A stretch of 64,000 bases of DNA from an uncultured Methanoregulaceae archaeon (GTDB taxonomy: Archaea; Halobacteriota; Methanomicrobia; Methanomicrobiales; Methanospirillaceae), in NCBI GenBank assembly GCA_963841015.1, contig CAWJAX010000003.1, positions 608,001 to 672,000 of the forward strand, given 5' to 3'. Position numbers and translations under genes: made by a program. Positions 31,154-41,500 of this stretch are shown here, one piece after another; position 1 is the first letter of the stretch; each line of letters begins with the position of its first letter. The notes below the pieces were generated by a model. It saw only the letters and a program-made list of their open reading frames with translations. It was not told where the DNA came from and did not search any database.

Positions 31154-32599
31154 ATGAAAATCGGCTCAATCCAGCGACAGAGCGTAATATCACTTTCAAC
31201 AACCATTGCACTGACGGTTATTGGATTTCTCTCAACGATATATTTTGCCCACACCCTCGGACCGGAACCACTTGGTGCTTACTTCCTTTTCCTGGCGTAT
31301 TTTGGAATTCTGAATCTGGTAGGTGACGGTGGTTTTGGAGGGGCGGCAGTTAAAAGAATATCTGAGGGAAAAGAACGCGATAAATATTTTTCGGCATTTT
31401 CCTTAATAAGAATTATCCTTATTGCCTTATCGGTCTCATTTTTGTTGGTTGCAGAACCCTATTTTAAAGATCTCACTTCATCCGGAGTTTTTTTCTGGCT
31501 CATGTTAGCCCTTCTCGTATCCGTTTTTTCAAGCATTTCTGGAATTGGAGTATACGGATCTGGTAAAGTGGGTGTATATCAGATAAGTACATTTGCGGAC
31601 GCACTTGTGCGAACGATTTTACAAATTACCTCAGTGTTTCTCGGGTTTGGCGTAGCAGGGCTAGCCGGGGGTTTTGTTGGAGGGGTCATTGCCGGGGGGC
31701 TGTTGAATCTTCGGTACCTTGACCTCAAATTTGTCTGGTTCGGGTTATCGCATCTAAAAAATCTGTTCGGTTTTTCATTCTGGATATTCTTAACTGCAAG
31801 TGGTTCATTGGTGTTTTGCTATGCCGATACCATACTCATCGGATATTATATGAGTAATGCGGATGTCGGGATTTATCGCACTGCATTTCAGCTTACTTCT
31901 GTCGCCACATTTGCAACATTAGCGTTCCATACCGTTCTATATCCAAGAATCAGTAATTGGGGGACACAAGGAAAGATTGCAGAAATTGAGAATTCTCTCG
32001 CGAGAGCTTGGACATATTCACTGTTTCTCGCCATACCAACCTGCATCGGCGGGTGGATTCTTGGGGATAAACTTCTTTATTATCTTTACGGAGAATCTTT
32101 TATTGGGGGAGTGACCGCCCTTTATTTCCTTTTGTTTGTGCAGGTTGTCAATGTCTTCATGTTTCTTGGAACAATGAGCCTGGCTGCGCTCAACCGACCA
32201 AAAGATGCTTTCTGGGTCACTTTAGTTGCTGCCATTGTTAATGTCATTCTTGATATCCTACTTATACCAATGATGGGGATCACGGGTGCTGCTGTTGCGA
32301 CACTGATCGCCATGATAGTTAATGCCGCTGGAGCTCTTCTTCTTCTCTCTGGCGTCATTTCAGTAAAATTCGAACATGGTCCTGTAAAAAATATACTCTA
32401 TGCTGCAGGGTTTATGGGTATTGTAGTCCTTTTTATTCGGGTTCTTCTCCCTCTCAACAATATAATCGCTGTATTAGCTGCGGTAATCATTGGGGCATTA
32501 ATTAACATACTTGTTTTATTTAAATTGGACAGCAAAATTCATTATGAACTCAAGGATCTCAGTGTCAATCTTGGGGTTCCGTGGCCAAGGTGGTTATAA
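31154..32599 (+). CDS. Oligosaccharide flippase (Wzx/AglR-like)
   Basis: Many TM segments, ADTILIGYY, VGIY, GITGAAVAT. Confidence 0.85.
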   Translation: MKIGSIQRQSVISLSTTIALTVIGFLSTIYFAHTLGPEPLGAYFLFLAYFGILNLVGDGGFGGAAVKRISEGKERDKYFSAFSLIRIILIALSVSFLLVAEPYFKDLTSSGVFFWLMLALLVSVFSSISGIGVYGSGKVGVYQISTFADALVRTILQITSVFLGFGVAGLAGGFVGGVIAGGLLNLRYLDLKFVWFGLSHLKNLFGFSFWIFLTASGSLVFCYADTILIGYYMSNADVGIYRTAFQLTSVATFATLAFHTVLYPRISNWGTQGKIAEIENSLARAWTYSLFLAIPTCIGGWILGDKLLYYLYGESFIGGVTALYFLLFVQVVNVFMFLGTMSLAALNRPKDAFWVTLVAAIVNVILDILLIPMMGITGAAVATLIAMIVNAAGALLLLSGVISVKFEHGPVKNILYAAGFMGIVVLFIRVLLPLNNIIAVLAAVIIGALINILVLFKLDSKIHYELKDLSVNLGVPWPRWL

Positions 32600-32784
32600 C
32601 CTGGACTGGGTATTAACTAATTGCAATCGAGACTATTTATTCGATGTTTGATTTCAGAAAGGTTACACTAATAGTTCCCCATAACCTTAATGTGTATCTG
32701 AATAGTAAAGGATAGAAAGAAAAGGATAATGTGTGCCTGATTTATCTCTGCATTACAGAGAATATAATTTTATGAAGTGAAACT

Positions 32785-34020
32785 ATGGATTGTCGAAATT
32801 GTGGTACAAATCTTAGTCTGATTGTCTGTGATCTTGTCAGTGCTCCTCTGTCTAATGCATATATCTCTGAAGCAGAACTAAGAAAGCCTGAAATTTATTA
32901 TCCTCTCTGTTTGTATGTTTGTGAACGATGCTGGTTGATGCAGATTGAGGATTATAAAGTTGCAGATGAGATTTTTGGAGAGGACTATCGTTATTACAGT
33001 TCCTTTTCTACTTTATGGCTCAACCATGCAGCAAAATATGTGAAAATGATAGTAACACGACTTAAGCTTGATGCCTCTTCAAAAGTAATGGAAATCGCAT
33101 CGAATGATGGATATCTCCTTCAGTATTTTAAGATCGATGGCATTCCCTGCTTTGGAGTGGATCCCGCCGAAGGACCTGCCCGGAAAGCAAATGAAATGGG
33201 TATCGAAACAATCTTGTCATTTTTTAATCTGGAGATGGCATCTGAAATTGTAAAATTAAAAGGTAAACAGGATCTCATTATCGGAAATAACGTACTCGCC
33301 CATGTACCTGATATAAATAATTTTGTTGCAGGTCTGAATATCTGTCTCTCCGCGGAGGGAACTATTACCATGGAATTCCCCCACCTTATGGAGCTTATTC
33401 GTCAGACTCAATTTGATACCATATACCATGAGCACTATTCATACCTTTTATTAGCTACTGTGAAATCCATCTTCGAAAAACACGGTTTACGGATTTATGA
33501 CGTTGAAAAAGTCTTCACTCATGGAGGATCGCTGAGGATCTATGCGTGTCATACTGAAGATTTTTCCCATCCCGCTGAACCCTCGGTAGATTTGATTATC
33601 AATGAAGAACGATTGCAGGGACTTTTCGAAGTACAGACCTATCTTGATTTCCAGAGAAGAGTTAATGAAATCCGAAACCGTTTCCTTCAATTTCTTATCG
33701 AAAACATTATGGCAGGAAAACGAATCGTGGCATATGGTGCAGCTGCAAAAGGGAATACCTTGCTGAATTATTGTGGGATAAAAGGCACGGAACTCATCGA
33801 ATATGTCGCGGATGCCTCTCCGTTTAAACAGGGATTCTATCTCCCGGGATCGCGTATCCCAATTGTTGAACCCCATAGGATCTTTCTTGATAAACCTGAC
33901 TTTATCATAATCTTTCCCTGGAATATCAAGAATGAAATAATGAAACAACTTGAGGGTGTCCAGGAATGGAAGGGGAAATTTGTTATTCCCATTCCCGTGT
34001 TAGAGGTATTAGATGCATGA
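32785..34020 (+). CDS. NDP-hexose C-methyltransferase (TcaB9/TylC3/NovU family)
   Basis: CRNC...CERC zinc site, EIASNDG, FDTIYHEHYSY, HGGSLR, YGAAAKGNTLLNY. Confidence 0.88.
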   Translation: MDCRNCGTNLSLIVCDLVSAPLSNAYISEAELRKPEIYYPLCLYVCERCWLMQIEDYKVADEIFGEDYRYYSSFSTLWLNHAAKYVKMIVTRLKLDASSKVMEIASNDGYLLQYFKIDGIPCFGVDPAEGPARKANEMGIETILSFFNLEMASEIVKLKGKQDLIIGNNVLAHVPDINNFVAGLNICLSAEGTITMEFPHLMELIRQTQFDTIYHEHYSYLLLATVKSIFEKHGLRIYDVEKVFTHGGSLRIYACHTEDFSHPAEPSVDLIINEERLQGLFEVQTYLDFQRRVNEIRNRFLQFLIENIMAGKRIVAYGAAAKGNTLLNYCGIKGTELIEYVADASPFKQGFYLPGSRIPIVEPHRIFLDKPDFIIIFPWNIKNEIMKQLEGVQEWKGKFVIPIPVLEVLDA

Positions 34021-34544
34021 TCTTTACTGAGACAAAGATCAAGGGAGCGTACCTTTTGGAAGCGGAACTTCTTTCTGATGACCGGGGATTTTTTGCACGG
34101 TCATTCTGTAAGGAGGAATTCCAGCGATGTGGTCTTGAAACAAGCATTGTCCAGTGTAATATTTCCTATAACAAGAGAAAAGGAACAGTACGCGGGATGC
34201 ACTTCCAGACTGCTCCGTATCAAGAAGCAAAGATTGTCAGCTGCACAAAGGGTGCGATTTACGATGTTGTCATCGATCTTCGGAAAGATTCGGGATCTTT
34301 TTTAAAATGGTTTGCGGTCGAGCTGTCGGATAAAAATTTCAGACTGGTGTACGTCCCCAAGGGATGTGCCCATGGGTTCCAGACGCTGAAAAATGACACA
34401 GTTGTGTACTATCAGATGACAGAGTTTTTCCACCCGGAATGTGCACGTGGGGTCAGATGGGATGATCCGGCATTCGGGATTACGTGGCCTCTGGGAAAGA
34501 AAACTATTTCTGAACGGGATAAACAATTTCCGGGGTACGCATGA
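34017..34544 (+). CDS. rfbC: NDP-4-keto-6-deoxyhexose 3,5-epimerase (RmlC family)
   Basis: DDRGFFAR, GTVRGMHFQ, DVVIDLR, GCAHGFQTL, WDDP. Confidence 0.88.
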   Translation: MIFTETKIKGAYLLEAELLSDDRGFFARSFCKEEFQRCGLETSIVQCNISYNKRKGTVRGMHFQTAPYQEAKIVSCTKGAIYDVVIDLRKDSGSFLKWFAVELSDKNFRLVYVPKGCAHGFQTLKNDTVVYYQMTEFFHPECARGVRWDDPAFGITWPLGKKTISERDKQFPGYA

Positions 34545-35455
34545 AAACGGTTATGCTTACCGGAGCTTCCGGATTTATCGGGCGTCACTGTATCCCTTTA
34601 TTAGTCAAACAGGGTTATGAGGTTCACGCTCTCACTTCCGGAAAAAATGCTCAGGCTGATCCAGAAATATCATGGCATACGACAGATTTGCTAAACATTC
34701 AGGAAGTTCACGAAACGATGGATTCAATTTGTCCTACACATCTCATGCATTTCGCATGGTATACGGTGCCGGGTAAGTACTGGTATTCCCGGGAAAATAT
34801 TCAATGGCTGCAGGCGAGCCTGAACCTGGTTCAGGAATTTTCTGATGGGGGAGGAAAACGGATGGTCGGTGCCGGAACATGTGCTGAGTATGATTTGCGA
34901 TATGGCTATTGTTCTGAAAATCTCACGCCGTTAAAACCCAAGACGCTCTACGGAATATCCAAACAATCGTGTCACCTCATCGGAGAAGAGATCCTGAAGA
35001 CTGCAAAGATCAGTAATGCATGGGGCCGGATATTTTTTCTCTATGGCCCCTATGAGAACAAGACGAGACTCGTGCCATCGATTATCAACTCATTGCTTGA
35101 AGGAAAAAATGCACCCTGTTCTTCCGGCACCCAGATCCGGGACTACCTATATGTAGAAGATGTGGCTGACGCCTTCGTACGATTGCTCAATTCTTCTGTT
35201 ACCGGTCCGGTAAATATTGCTTCCGGGAAGCCGGTATCGATACGTGAGATTATCGATTTGATTGCGACAAAAATTGGTCATGAGGAATTAATCCGTTATG
35301 GACAGTACCAGACATCTCCAACAGAAGAGCCCCTGATTGTAGCAGATAACAGTCGTTTAAGAAATGAAGTGGGCTGGCACCAGCACAATGATCTGGGAAC
35401 AGGACTTGATAAGACAATTTCATGGTGGACAAAAGTTCATGCTTCAGATTCATGA
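34541..35455 (+). CDS. NAD(P)-dependent sugar 4-ketoreductase/epimerase (extended SDR)
   Basis: TGASGFIG, GTCAEY, YGISK. Confidence 0.8.
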   Translation: MKTVMLTGASGFIGRHCIPLLVKQGYEVHALTSGKNAQADPEISWHTTDLLNIQEVHETMDSICPTHLMHFAWYTVPGKYWYSRENIQWLQASLNLVQEFSDGGGKRMVGAGTCAEYDLRYGYCSENLTPLKPKTLYGISKQSCHLIGEEILKTAKISNAWGRIFFLYGPYENKTRLVPSIINSLLEGKNAPCSSGTQIRDYLYVEDVADAFVRLLNSSVTGPVNIASGKPVSIREIIDLIATKIGHEELIRYGQYQTSPTEEPLIVADNSRLRNEVGWHQHNDLGTGLDKTISWWTKVHASDS

Positions 35456-35542
35456 ACTGAGACGACTGGCAGGTACAGCAAAACGGATTTCTTGGATAAT
35501 TAGACCGGGAATTAGTATTATTATAATCGAAAGGATTGCCTC

Positions 35543-36331
35543 ATGAAGATCACGCTTGATACCACGAATAAAAAACTCTTCGTAGAAGAGAACAGTCAAT
35601 TAACGGAATTTGACCTTTATTCCAAACAGGCCTTCGAAATTATCTCAGATCAATGGTTGAAAATCGGATGGGATCAGAAATATCCGTATACCTTTACATG
35701 GCTGGGAAGACCGATAATACAACTACCCGAGGATATCATCAGAATTCAGGAAGTAATTTTTTCCGTTCAACCTGACGTTATCATTGAAACAGGTGTAGCT
35801 CATGGGGGTTCATTGATTCTCTATGCAAGTCTTTGCAAGGCGGTAAATAAGGGGAGGGTGATAGGAATCGATATTGAAATCCGACCTCACAATAAAAAAG
35901 CGATTCAAGAACACCCGCTCCACTCATTTATTACCCTCATTGAAGGAAGTTCGATAGATCCTGATATTATTAAATATACCAAGAATTTAATCAAACCTCA
36001 CGAAAAAGTTCTCGTAATTCTCGATTCCTGCCATACTAAGAACCATGTATTACAGGAACTGGAGCATTATTCGGAACTGGTTTCACCGGATTCTTATATC
36101 GTTGCAACAGATGGCAGTATGAAAGACCTGTTTGATGTACCTCGTGGAAAACCGGAATGGGCAGAGGATAATCCCTGCGCAGCGGCACTTGAATTTTTAC
36201 AAAAACATAAAGAATTCCGGTTAGAGAGCCCACAGTGGTTGTTTAATGAGAGCAATCTGACTAAAACCATTACCCATTGGCCTTATGCGTATTTGAAAAG
36301 AATTAAAATTTCCCCGATTAAAGATGATTGA
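35543..36331 (+). CDS. CmcI / rhamnosyl O-methyltransferase family protein
   Basis: WLGRPIIQLPED, PDVIIETGVAHGGS, LIEGSS, LDSCHT..HV..EL. Confidence 0.85.
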   Translation: MKITLDTTNKKLFVEENSQLTEFDLYSKQAFEIISDQWLKIGWDQKYPYTFTWLGRPIIQLPEDIIRIQEVIFSVQPDVIIETGVAHGGSLILYASLCKAVNKGRVIGIDIEIRPHNKKAIQEHPLHSFITLIEGSSIDPDIIKYTKNLIKPHEKVLVILDSCHTKNHVLQELEHYSELVSPDSYIVATDGSMKDLFDVPRGKPEWAEDNPCAAALEFLQKHKEFRLESPQWLFNESNLTKTITHWPYAYLKRIKISPIKDD

Positions 36332-36374
36332 ATAATATTTTAGAAATGAACAGATTTTCAATATCAGGTTAATC

Positions 36375-37262
36375 ATGAAACTCGTTAGCGTCGGAATGCC
36401 AGTATATAATGAAGAGAAGTTTATTGAAAAAGCAATACTTTCCATCCTTGACCAGGATTATAAAAATTTTGAACTGATAATATCCGATAACGCATCAACA
36501 GATAAGACAAAGGAAATCTGTGTCAAGTACGCCGAAAAAGATTCAAGAATCCGGTATTATTCCAATAATACAACAACTGATGCAGCGACAAATTTCAATT
36601 ATGTTACTTCAATCGCGAAGGGCGATTTTTTCATGTGGGCTTCCGGCCACGATACAAGAGATCCAACTTTTTTAACGCGTTGCATTGCCGAATTGGAAAA
36701 ATCAGGTTCAATCGTTCTGTGCTACTCGGATGCAAATTGGATTGATTCAGAGGGTAATAAAATCGGCACTGAACAATCAGACATCGACACTGTCGGTCTG
36801 GATAGAATAAAGAGATTAAAAAAGGTTTTTTGGAACCTCGGGTATGCATATCCGATCTACGGTTTATTCAGAAAGGAGGTCCTGGACACCGTTTTACCTA
36901 CTCAGAGAGTTCTTGGATCTGATATACTATTATTGAATGAATTATCAGCCATTGGTGAATTTGCGAGAATACCTGAACCATTATTTAACATCAGGAAATT
37001 ATCGGATTATGGGGATTGGCACGCCTACTTTCAAAAAAGTCTGAATATTACCTTAAACCGGAGAAAAGCAATAGGATTATTTTTTGAATTTATTATCAAA
37101 AATTATCAGGGAGTTAAGAAATATGCTGAATCACCAATAGAGAAATTAATGATAATGAAATTATTTCTCTTCGATTCATTATTAAAATACCATTGGATAC
37201 TTATTGGATTTATCAGCCTGTCTGCTTCCGATAATAAAAAAGTAGATACGTCGATTCACTGA
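36375..37262 (+). CDS. GT2 family glycosyltransferase
   Basis: VSVGMPVYN, ISDNASTD. Confidence 0.88.
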   Translation: MKLVSVGMPVYNEEKFIEKAILSILDQDYKNFELIISDNASTDKTKEICVKYAEKDSRIRYYSNNTTTDAATNFNYVTSIAKGDFFMWASGHDTRDPTFLTRCIAELEKSGSIVLCYSDANWIDSEGNKIGTEQSDIDTVGLDRIKRLKKVFWNLGYAYPIYGLFRKEVLDTVLPTQRVLGSDILLLNELSAIGEFARIPEPLFNIRKLSDYGDWHAYFQKSLNITLNRRKAIGLFFEFIIKNYQGVKKYAESPIEKLMIMKLFLFDSLLKYHWILIGFISLSASDNKKVDTSIH

Positions 37263-37273
37263 CAGGAAAAAAC

Positions 37274-38449
37274 ATGAAAATTCTCTACGACCACCAGATG
37301 TTCTACCGGCAAAATTATGGCGGGGTAAGCCGCTATTTTTGTGAATTGATGAACCAGTTTTCACACGATCCCAAGATTAGTTTTATCCTTTCTCTTCGTT
37401 ATGTCCAGAATGATAATCTGGAGCAGTTCCCTCAATTGAATCAATACTGGTCGAACCGGTATAATTTCCTCTATAATAGCCGTTTAATCTCCCTCACGCA
37501 GAAAAAAATTCGTTTTAATGCGCTGAATTTTGGGTTAAATTATATTATCAATAATCAGGGAGAATCGGTCAGATTATTACAAAAACAGGATTTTGACATA
37601 TTCCATCCGACATACTATGAACCCTATTTCTTAAAATATCTCCAAAAAAAACCCTATGTTTTAACTGTTTATGATATGATACATGAACTTTTTCCCAAGT
37701 ATTTCAAAGCCAGTGATCAAACCAAAGTGTGGAAAAAACAACTTATTGAAAACGCCGGAGCAATTATTGCAATATCCGAAAATACAAAACAGGATATTAT
37801 AAAATTCACTGACGTTGAACCAAGCCGAGTTCGGGTTATTCACCTTGGAAATCCTTTTGAACATTTAAATGAGACTCCACAAATCCCTGCTTCTCAAGAA
37901 ACTCCAGTCTTTAAAAAATCCTATCTATTATTTGTGGGCGGAAGACCAGCTTATAAGAATTTTAATTTTTTTATTGAATCTATGGCAGAACTGTTGCGGA
38001 AAAATGAGGAATTGCATGTTGTTTGTGCGGGATCGTTGCCATTCACCAATGAGGAAAAACAGTATTTTAAGAATATGAATATCCTCCAAAAAGTACACCA
38101 TGTAAAAGTTAACGATAAAATTTTGAAAAATTTATATACAAACGCACGGGCATTTGTTTTTCCTTCACTCTATGAAGGTTTTGGACTGCCTGTTCTTGAA
38201 GCGTTTTCCTGTGGTTGTCCCGTAATATTAAATAATTTGAGTTCATTACCCGAAGTTGGGGGAGAGGGTGCAATTTATTTCGAACCAGGGGATAGGGAAT
38301 CGATCATTTGTGCTGTGGAAACGGTTCTTTTTAATGAGAAATACAGGGAGGACTTGATCAAAAAAGGATCTGAACGTTTGAAATTATTCTCTTGGAATAA
38401 GACTGCTATATCTACGAAAAAAGTTTACGATAGTTTGTTACACCAATAA
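37274..38449 (+). CDS. GT4 family glycosyltransferase
   Basis: GGVSRY, TVYDMIHE, FPSLYEGFGLPVLEA. Confidence 0.9.
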   Translation: MKILYDHQMFYRQNYGGVSRYFCELMNQFSHDPKISFILSLRYVQNDNLEQFPQLNQYWSNRYNFLYNSRLISLTQKKIRFNALNFGLNYIINNQGESVRLLQKQDFDIFHPTYYEPYFLKYLQKKPYVLTVYDMIHELFPKYFKASDQTKVWKKQLIENAGAIIAISENTKQDIIKFTDVEPSRVRVIHLGNPFEHLNETPQIPASQETPVFKKSYLLFVGGRPAYKNFNFFIESMAELLRKNEELHVVCAGSLPFTNEEKQYFKNMNILQKVHHVKVNDKILKNLYTNARAFVFPSLYEGFGLPVLEAFSCGCPVILNNLSSLPEVGGEGAIYFEPGDRESIICAVETVLFNEKYREDLIKKGSERLKLFSWNKTAISTKKVYDSLLHQ

Positions 38450-39396
38450 TTATAGATTTTTTCAAGACTTTTTTCGATAGTACAGACAGGCTTCCAACCT
38501 GTATCATTATGAAGTTTTTTATAACTTCCAATAAGTATTGGATTGTCAATAGGACGAAGAAGATCTGTATCTTGTTCTATTGAAATCGGGATTTCGCTTA
38601 ATTTTGAAAGGGTATTTACAATATCGTGTATGGAATGCCCCCTGCCACTGCACACATTATATACTTCTCCGGTTACGCCATTTTCGAGTATCGAATTGTA
38701 TGCCTGAATAACATCTTCAATATCAACGAAATCCCGGATAATTGACCCCGCCCCGATTCTAATGATCGGTTTTTCATGCTTTACAGCAATCCTAGCAAAT
38801 TGTTTTGCAATAGAACTGACCACAAACTGATCAATCTGTCCGGGACCGATATGATTGAAAGAACGAGTACAACAAATATTAAGATTATATCCCTTTCCAT
38901 AAATCTGCGCAAGATATTCCTCTGATACTCTGGCAACAGCATACGGATTCGCAGGAGCAAGGGATTTTTCTTCAGTCAGAGGGAGATCACTTTCTCTGAC
39001 AATGCCATATTCTTCTGAAGAACCGACTGATAAAATTCTTGTATTGAGTTTGTGGAGCCTCACCGATTCGACAATATTGAGAAATGCATTCGTATTATTG
39101 AGAAAAGATGCAAGCGGTTCTCTCCAGCTTTGAGCCACGGAACTAAACGATGCCAAATGGAGGATATAATCCGGCTGAATCTCCCCAACTAGTGCATGAA
39201 TTTTTGCTGAATCAAGCAAATCACACTGATGAAAACTAATTGAGCTTAAAACCTTATTCCGGTTCTGAATAAAATCCCAGGTAGGTTTTGATCGGCTAAC
39301 CCCATGAATAACGTAGTCTGTTTTTGATTTTACCAAAAAATCAGTAAAATGTCCGCCGACAAAACCACTGATTCCGGTGATGAGTATTGATTTCAT
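38425..39396 (-). CDS. GDP-4-keto-6-deoxymannose reductase (Rmd-like) SDR
   Basis: ITGISGFVG, HLASFSSVAQSW, GSSEEYG, FNHIGPGQ. Confidence 0.7.
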   Translation of the reverse strand: MKSILITGISGFVGGHFTDFLVKSKTDYVIHGVSRSKPTWDFIQNRNKVLSSISFHQCDLLDSAKIHALVGEIQPDYILHLASFSSVAQSWREPLASFLNNTNAFLNIVESVRLHKLNTRILSVGSSEEYGIVRESDLPLTEEKSLAPANPYAVARVSEEYLAQIYGKGYNLNICCTRSFNHIGPGQIDQFVVSSIAKQFARIAVKHEKPIIRIGAGSIIRDFVDIEDVIQAYNSILENGVTGEVYNVCSGRGHSIHDIVNTLSKLSEIPISIEQDTDLLRPIDNPILIGSYKKLHNDTGWKPVCTIEKSLEKIYNYWCNKLS

Positions 39397-39558
39397 GGTA
39401 AACTAAAGATGGTTCAATCCTAGATTTTTACATGCAATTCGTGATCATAAGGGAATAAAAATTCCTGTATGAATTTCTTTAAAAAATTGCATTTGATTAA
39501 ATTGGGAATGACGATTGAAAGAAATATATTACTACAATTCAACATTTAATCCCCAAGG

Positions 39559-40578
39559 TTACGAATTCATTTCATTGATAATCTGATTTACAAAATATTC
39601 AGCACTAAAAGGTAAAATCTTTTCACTTCTTATGAAATCTTCAATAGCGTATAAATAATGCACATATTCGTTTTCGGAAAGTTCGTTCATAAAATTAAAT
39701 AATTCAGAATAGGAGGAAAATTTTCTTTTGTCGATAAAAGAGTTCTTTGGAATATAATCCGTTACATTTGAAGCTCCAAGGTATATCGGTACGCATCCAG
39801 CAAAAAAACAATCAAATATTTTTTCCGTTATATAACCGGGAATGCCAAAAACGTTCTCATAACAGAATGAAAATTTATATTGTTCCAATATCCTACGTTT
39901 TGAGGTGATTTCTCCATGGTAAGAACTGTAAGGTGTGGAAAATACATTGTAAAACGGCTGAATAAAAGGTTTCAGGGGTCTGAGAGATACGGGCAATGTT
40001 AGATCCCACCCTTTACCAAAAAGATCAAAACATGCAGGCTGATTTACTTCGAACCATTTGATTGCCCTTATTCTTTCTGAATAGAGTTCCCCGGGCTGAT
40101 TATTTTTTTTATTCCCCGCTATCATGCAACAGAATTTCGTTTTCTGAGAAATATCATATGAGATTCGATCAGGTATTTTATTTGGTAAAAAAAATTTGAA
40201 CGTTTTTTTATTATCGATAATATCATCCCTCCAGGAAAAGATCTTTTTAAAATAACGATGATTTTCTTTTTTCCAGTTGTCTGGTTTTATAATCTCATTT
40301 TCGAAGATGAACAGATATAAATTTTCAAATTTCATGCCAATTAATTTTTTCAAGTACCGATTATGATGGCCAGGATAATCTAAAAAAATAATTGCATCAT
40401 ATGAATCCAATGGTTCAGTATCGATGGTCGAAACCGATAATCCATGTTGCCGGGCTACTTGGGCAAGATAGTGAAAGGGATAGAGTAAATCATCACCAAT
40501 CGGAGCCTGGATTTCCGGATTGAACATCCGGTTATTGTTATAAATATTGTAAAAATTGTAAAAACCAATTTTCTTCAT
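39559..40578 (-). CDS. GT10-like (alpha-1,3-fucosyltransferase-type) glycosyltransferase
   Basis: YKFSFCYEN...GYITEKIFDCFFAGCVPIYLG. Confidence 0.8.
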   Translation of the reverse strand: MKKIGFYNFYNIYNNNRMFNPEIQAPIGDDLLYPFHYLAQVARQHGLSVSTIDTEPLDSYDAIIFLDYPGHHNRYLKKLIGMKFENLYLFIFENEIIKPDNWKKENHRYFKKIFSWRDDIIDNKKTFKFFLPNKIPDRISYDISQKTKFCCMIAGNKKNNQPGELYSERIRAIKWFEVNQPACFDLFGKGWDLTLPVSLRPLKPFIQPFYNVFSTPYSSYHGEITSKRRILEQYKFSFCYENVFGIPGYITEKIFDCFFAGCVPIYLGASNVTDYIPKNSFIDKRKFSSYSELFNFMNELSENEYVHYLYAIEDFIRSEKILPFSAEYFVNQIINEMNS

Positions 40579-40726
40579 TTCAATCAGATTTCATAGATAT
40601 TCCATATAATTTGCTAAATATCTACCGAATAGAAAACAGGTACTTGGCTAGGATACAATTTTTACATTGTTATGCGAATATTAAAAATGAAATTATAGGT
40701 ATCCATTTGAGTTCAGGGTTGTCACC

Positions 40727-41500
40727 ATGAAAGTTGTGATTCTTGCAGGAGGGCTTGGGACTCGTCTGAGTGAAGAAACTGTCATCAGGCCCAAACCCAT
40801 GGTAGAAATCGGAGGAAAACCGATTTTATGGCATATAATGAAAATTTATTCCCATTTTGGTTTTAATGAGTTCATCATATGTCTTGGTTACAAAGGATAT
40901 ATGATCAAAGAATATTTTGCCAACTACAACCTCCATATGTCCGATGTCACCATTGACATAAAAAAAAATACCATTGAAACTCATCACAATTTTTCCGAGC
41001 CTTGGAAAGTTTCTCTTATCGATACCGGACATAATACGATGACCGGGGGCCGAGTGAAAAAAATCCAACCTTATATTGGGGATGAACCATTTATGCTCAC
41101 GTATGGTGACGGGTTGTCGAACGTAAATATAACAGAATTGTTAAAATTCCACGCCAAAAAGAAAAAAATCGGAACATTGACTGCCATCAGACCTCCCGGG
41201 AGATTTGGCGTGCTACAAATCCACGATAATCATAACGTTACTTCATTCCTCGAGAAGCCAATGGGAGATGGGGGACATATTAATGGGGGATTTTTTGTAT
41301 TCGAACCTGATTTATTTGACTATCTCAAAGATGATACAACAGTTCTTGAGAGGGAACCTCTGGAATTGATAGCGAAAAAGGGGCAGCTGAATGCCTTCAG
41401 ACATGAAGGGTTCTGGTATGCAATGGATACCTTGCGGGATAAAAATTATCTTGAAGATGAATGGGCAACGGGAAAAGCTCCGTGGAAGCTGTGGAAATAA
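40727..41500 (+). CDS. rfbF: Glucose-1-phosphate cytidylyltransferase
   Basis: ILAGGLGTRLSEET..RPKPMVEIG, TMTGGR, FMLTYGDG, MDTLRDK. Confidence 0.93.
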   Translation: MKVVILAGGLGTRLSEETVIRPKPMVEIGGKPILWHIMKIYSHFGFNEFIICLGYKGYMIKEYFANYNLHMSDVTIDIKKNTIETHHNFSEPWKVSLIDTGHNTMTGGRVKKIQPYIGDEPFMLTYGDGLSNVNITELLKFHAKKKKIGTLTAIRPPGRFGVLQIHDNHNVTSFLEKPMGDGGHINGGFFVFEPDLFDYLKDDTTVLEREPLELIAKKGQLNAFRHEGFWYAMDTLRDKNYLEDEWATGKAPWKLWK

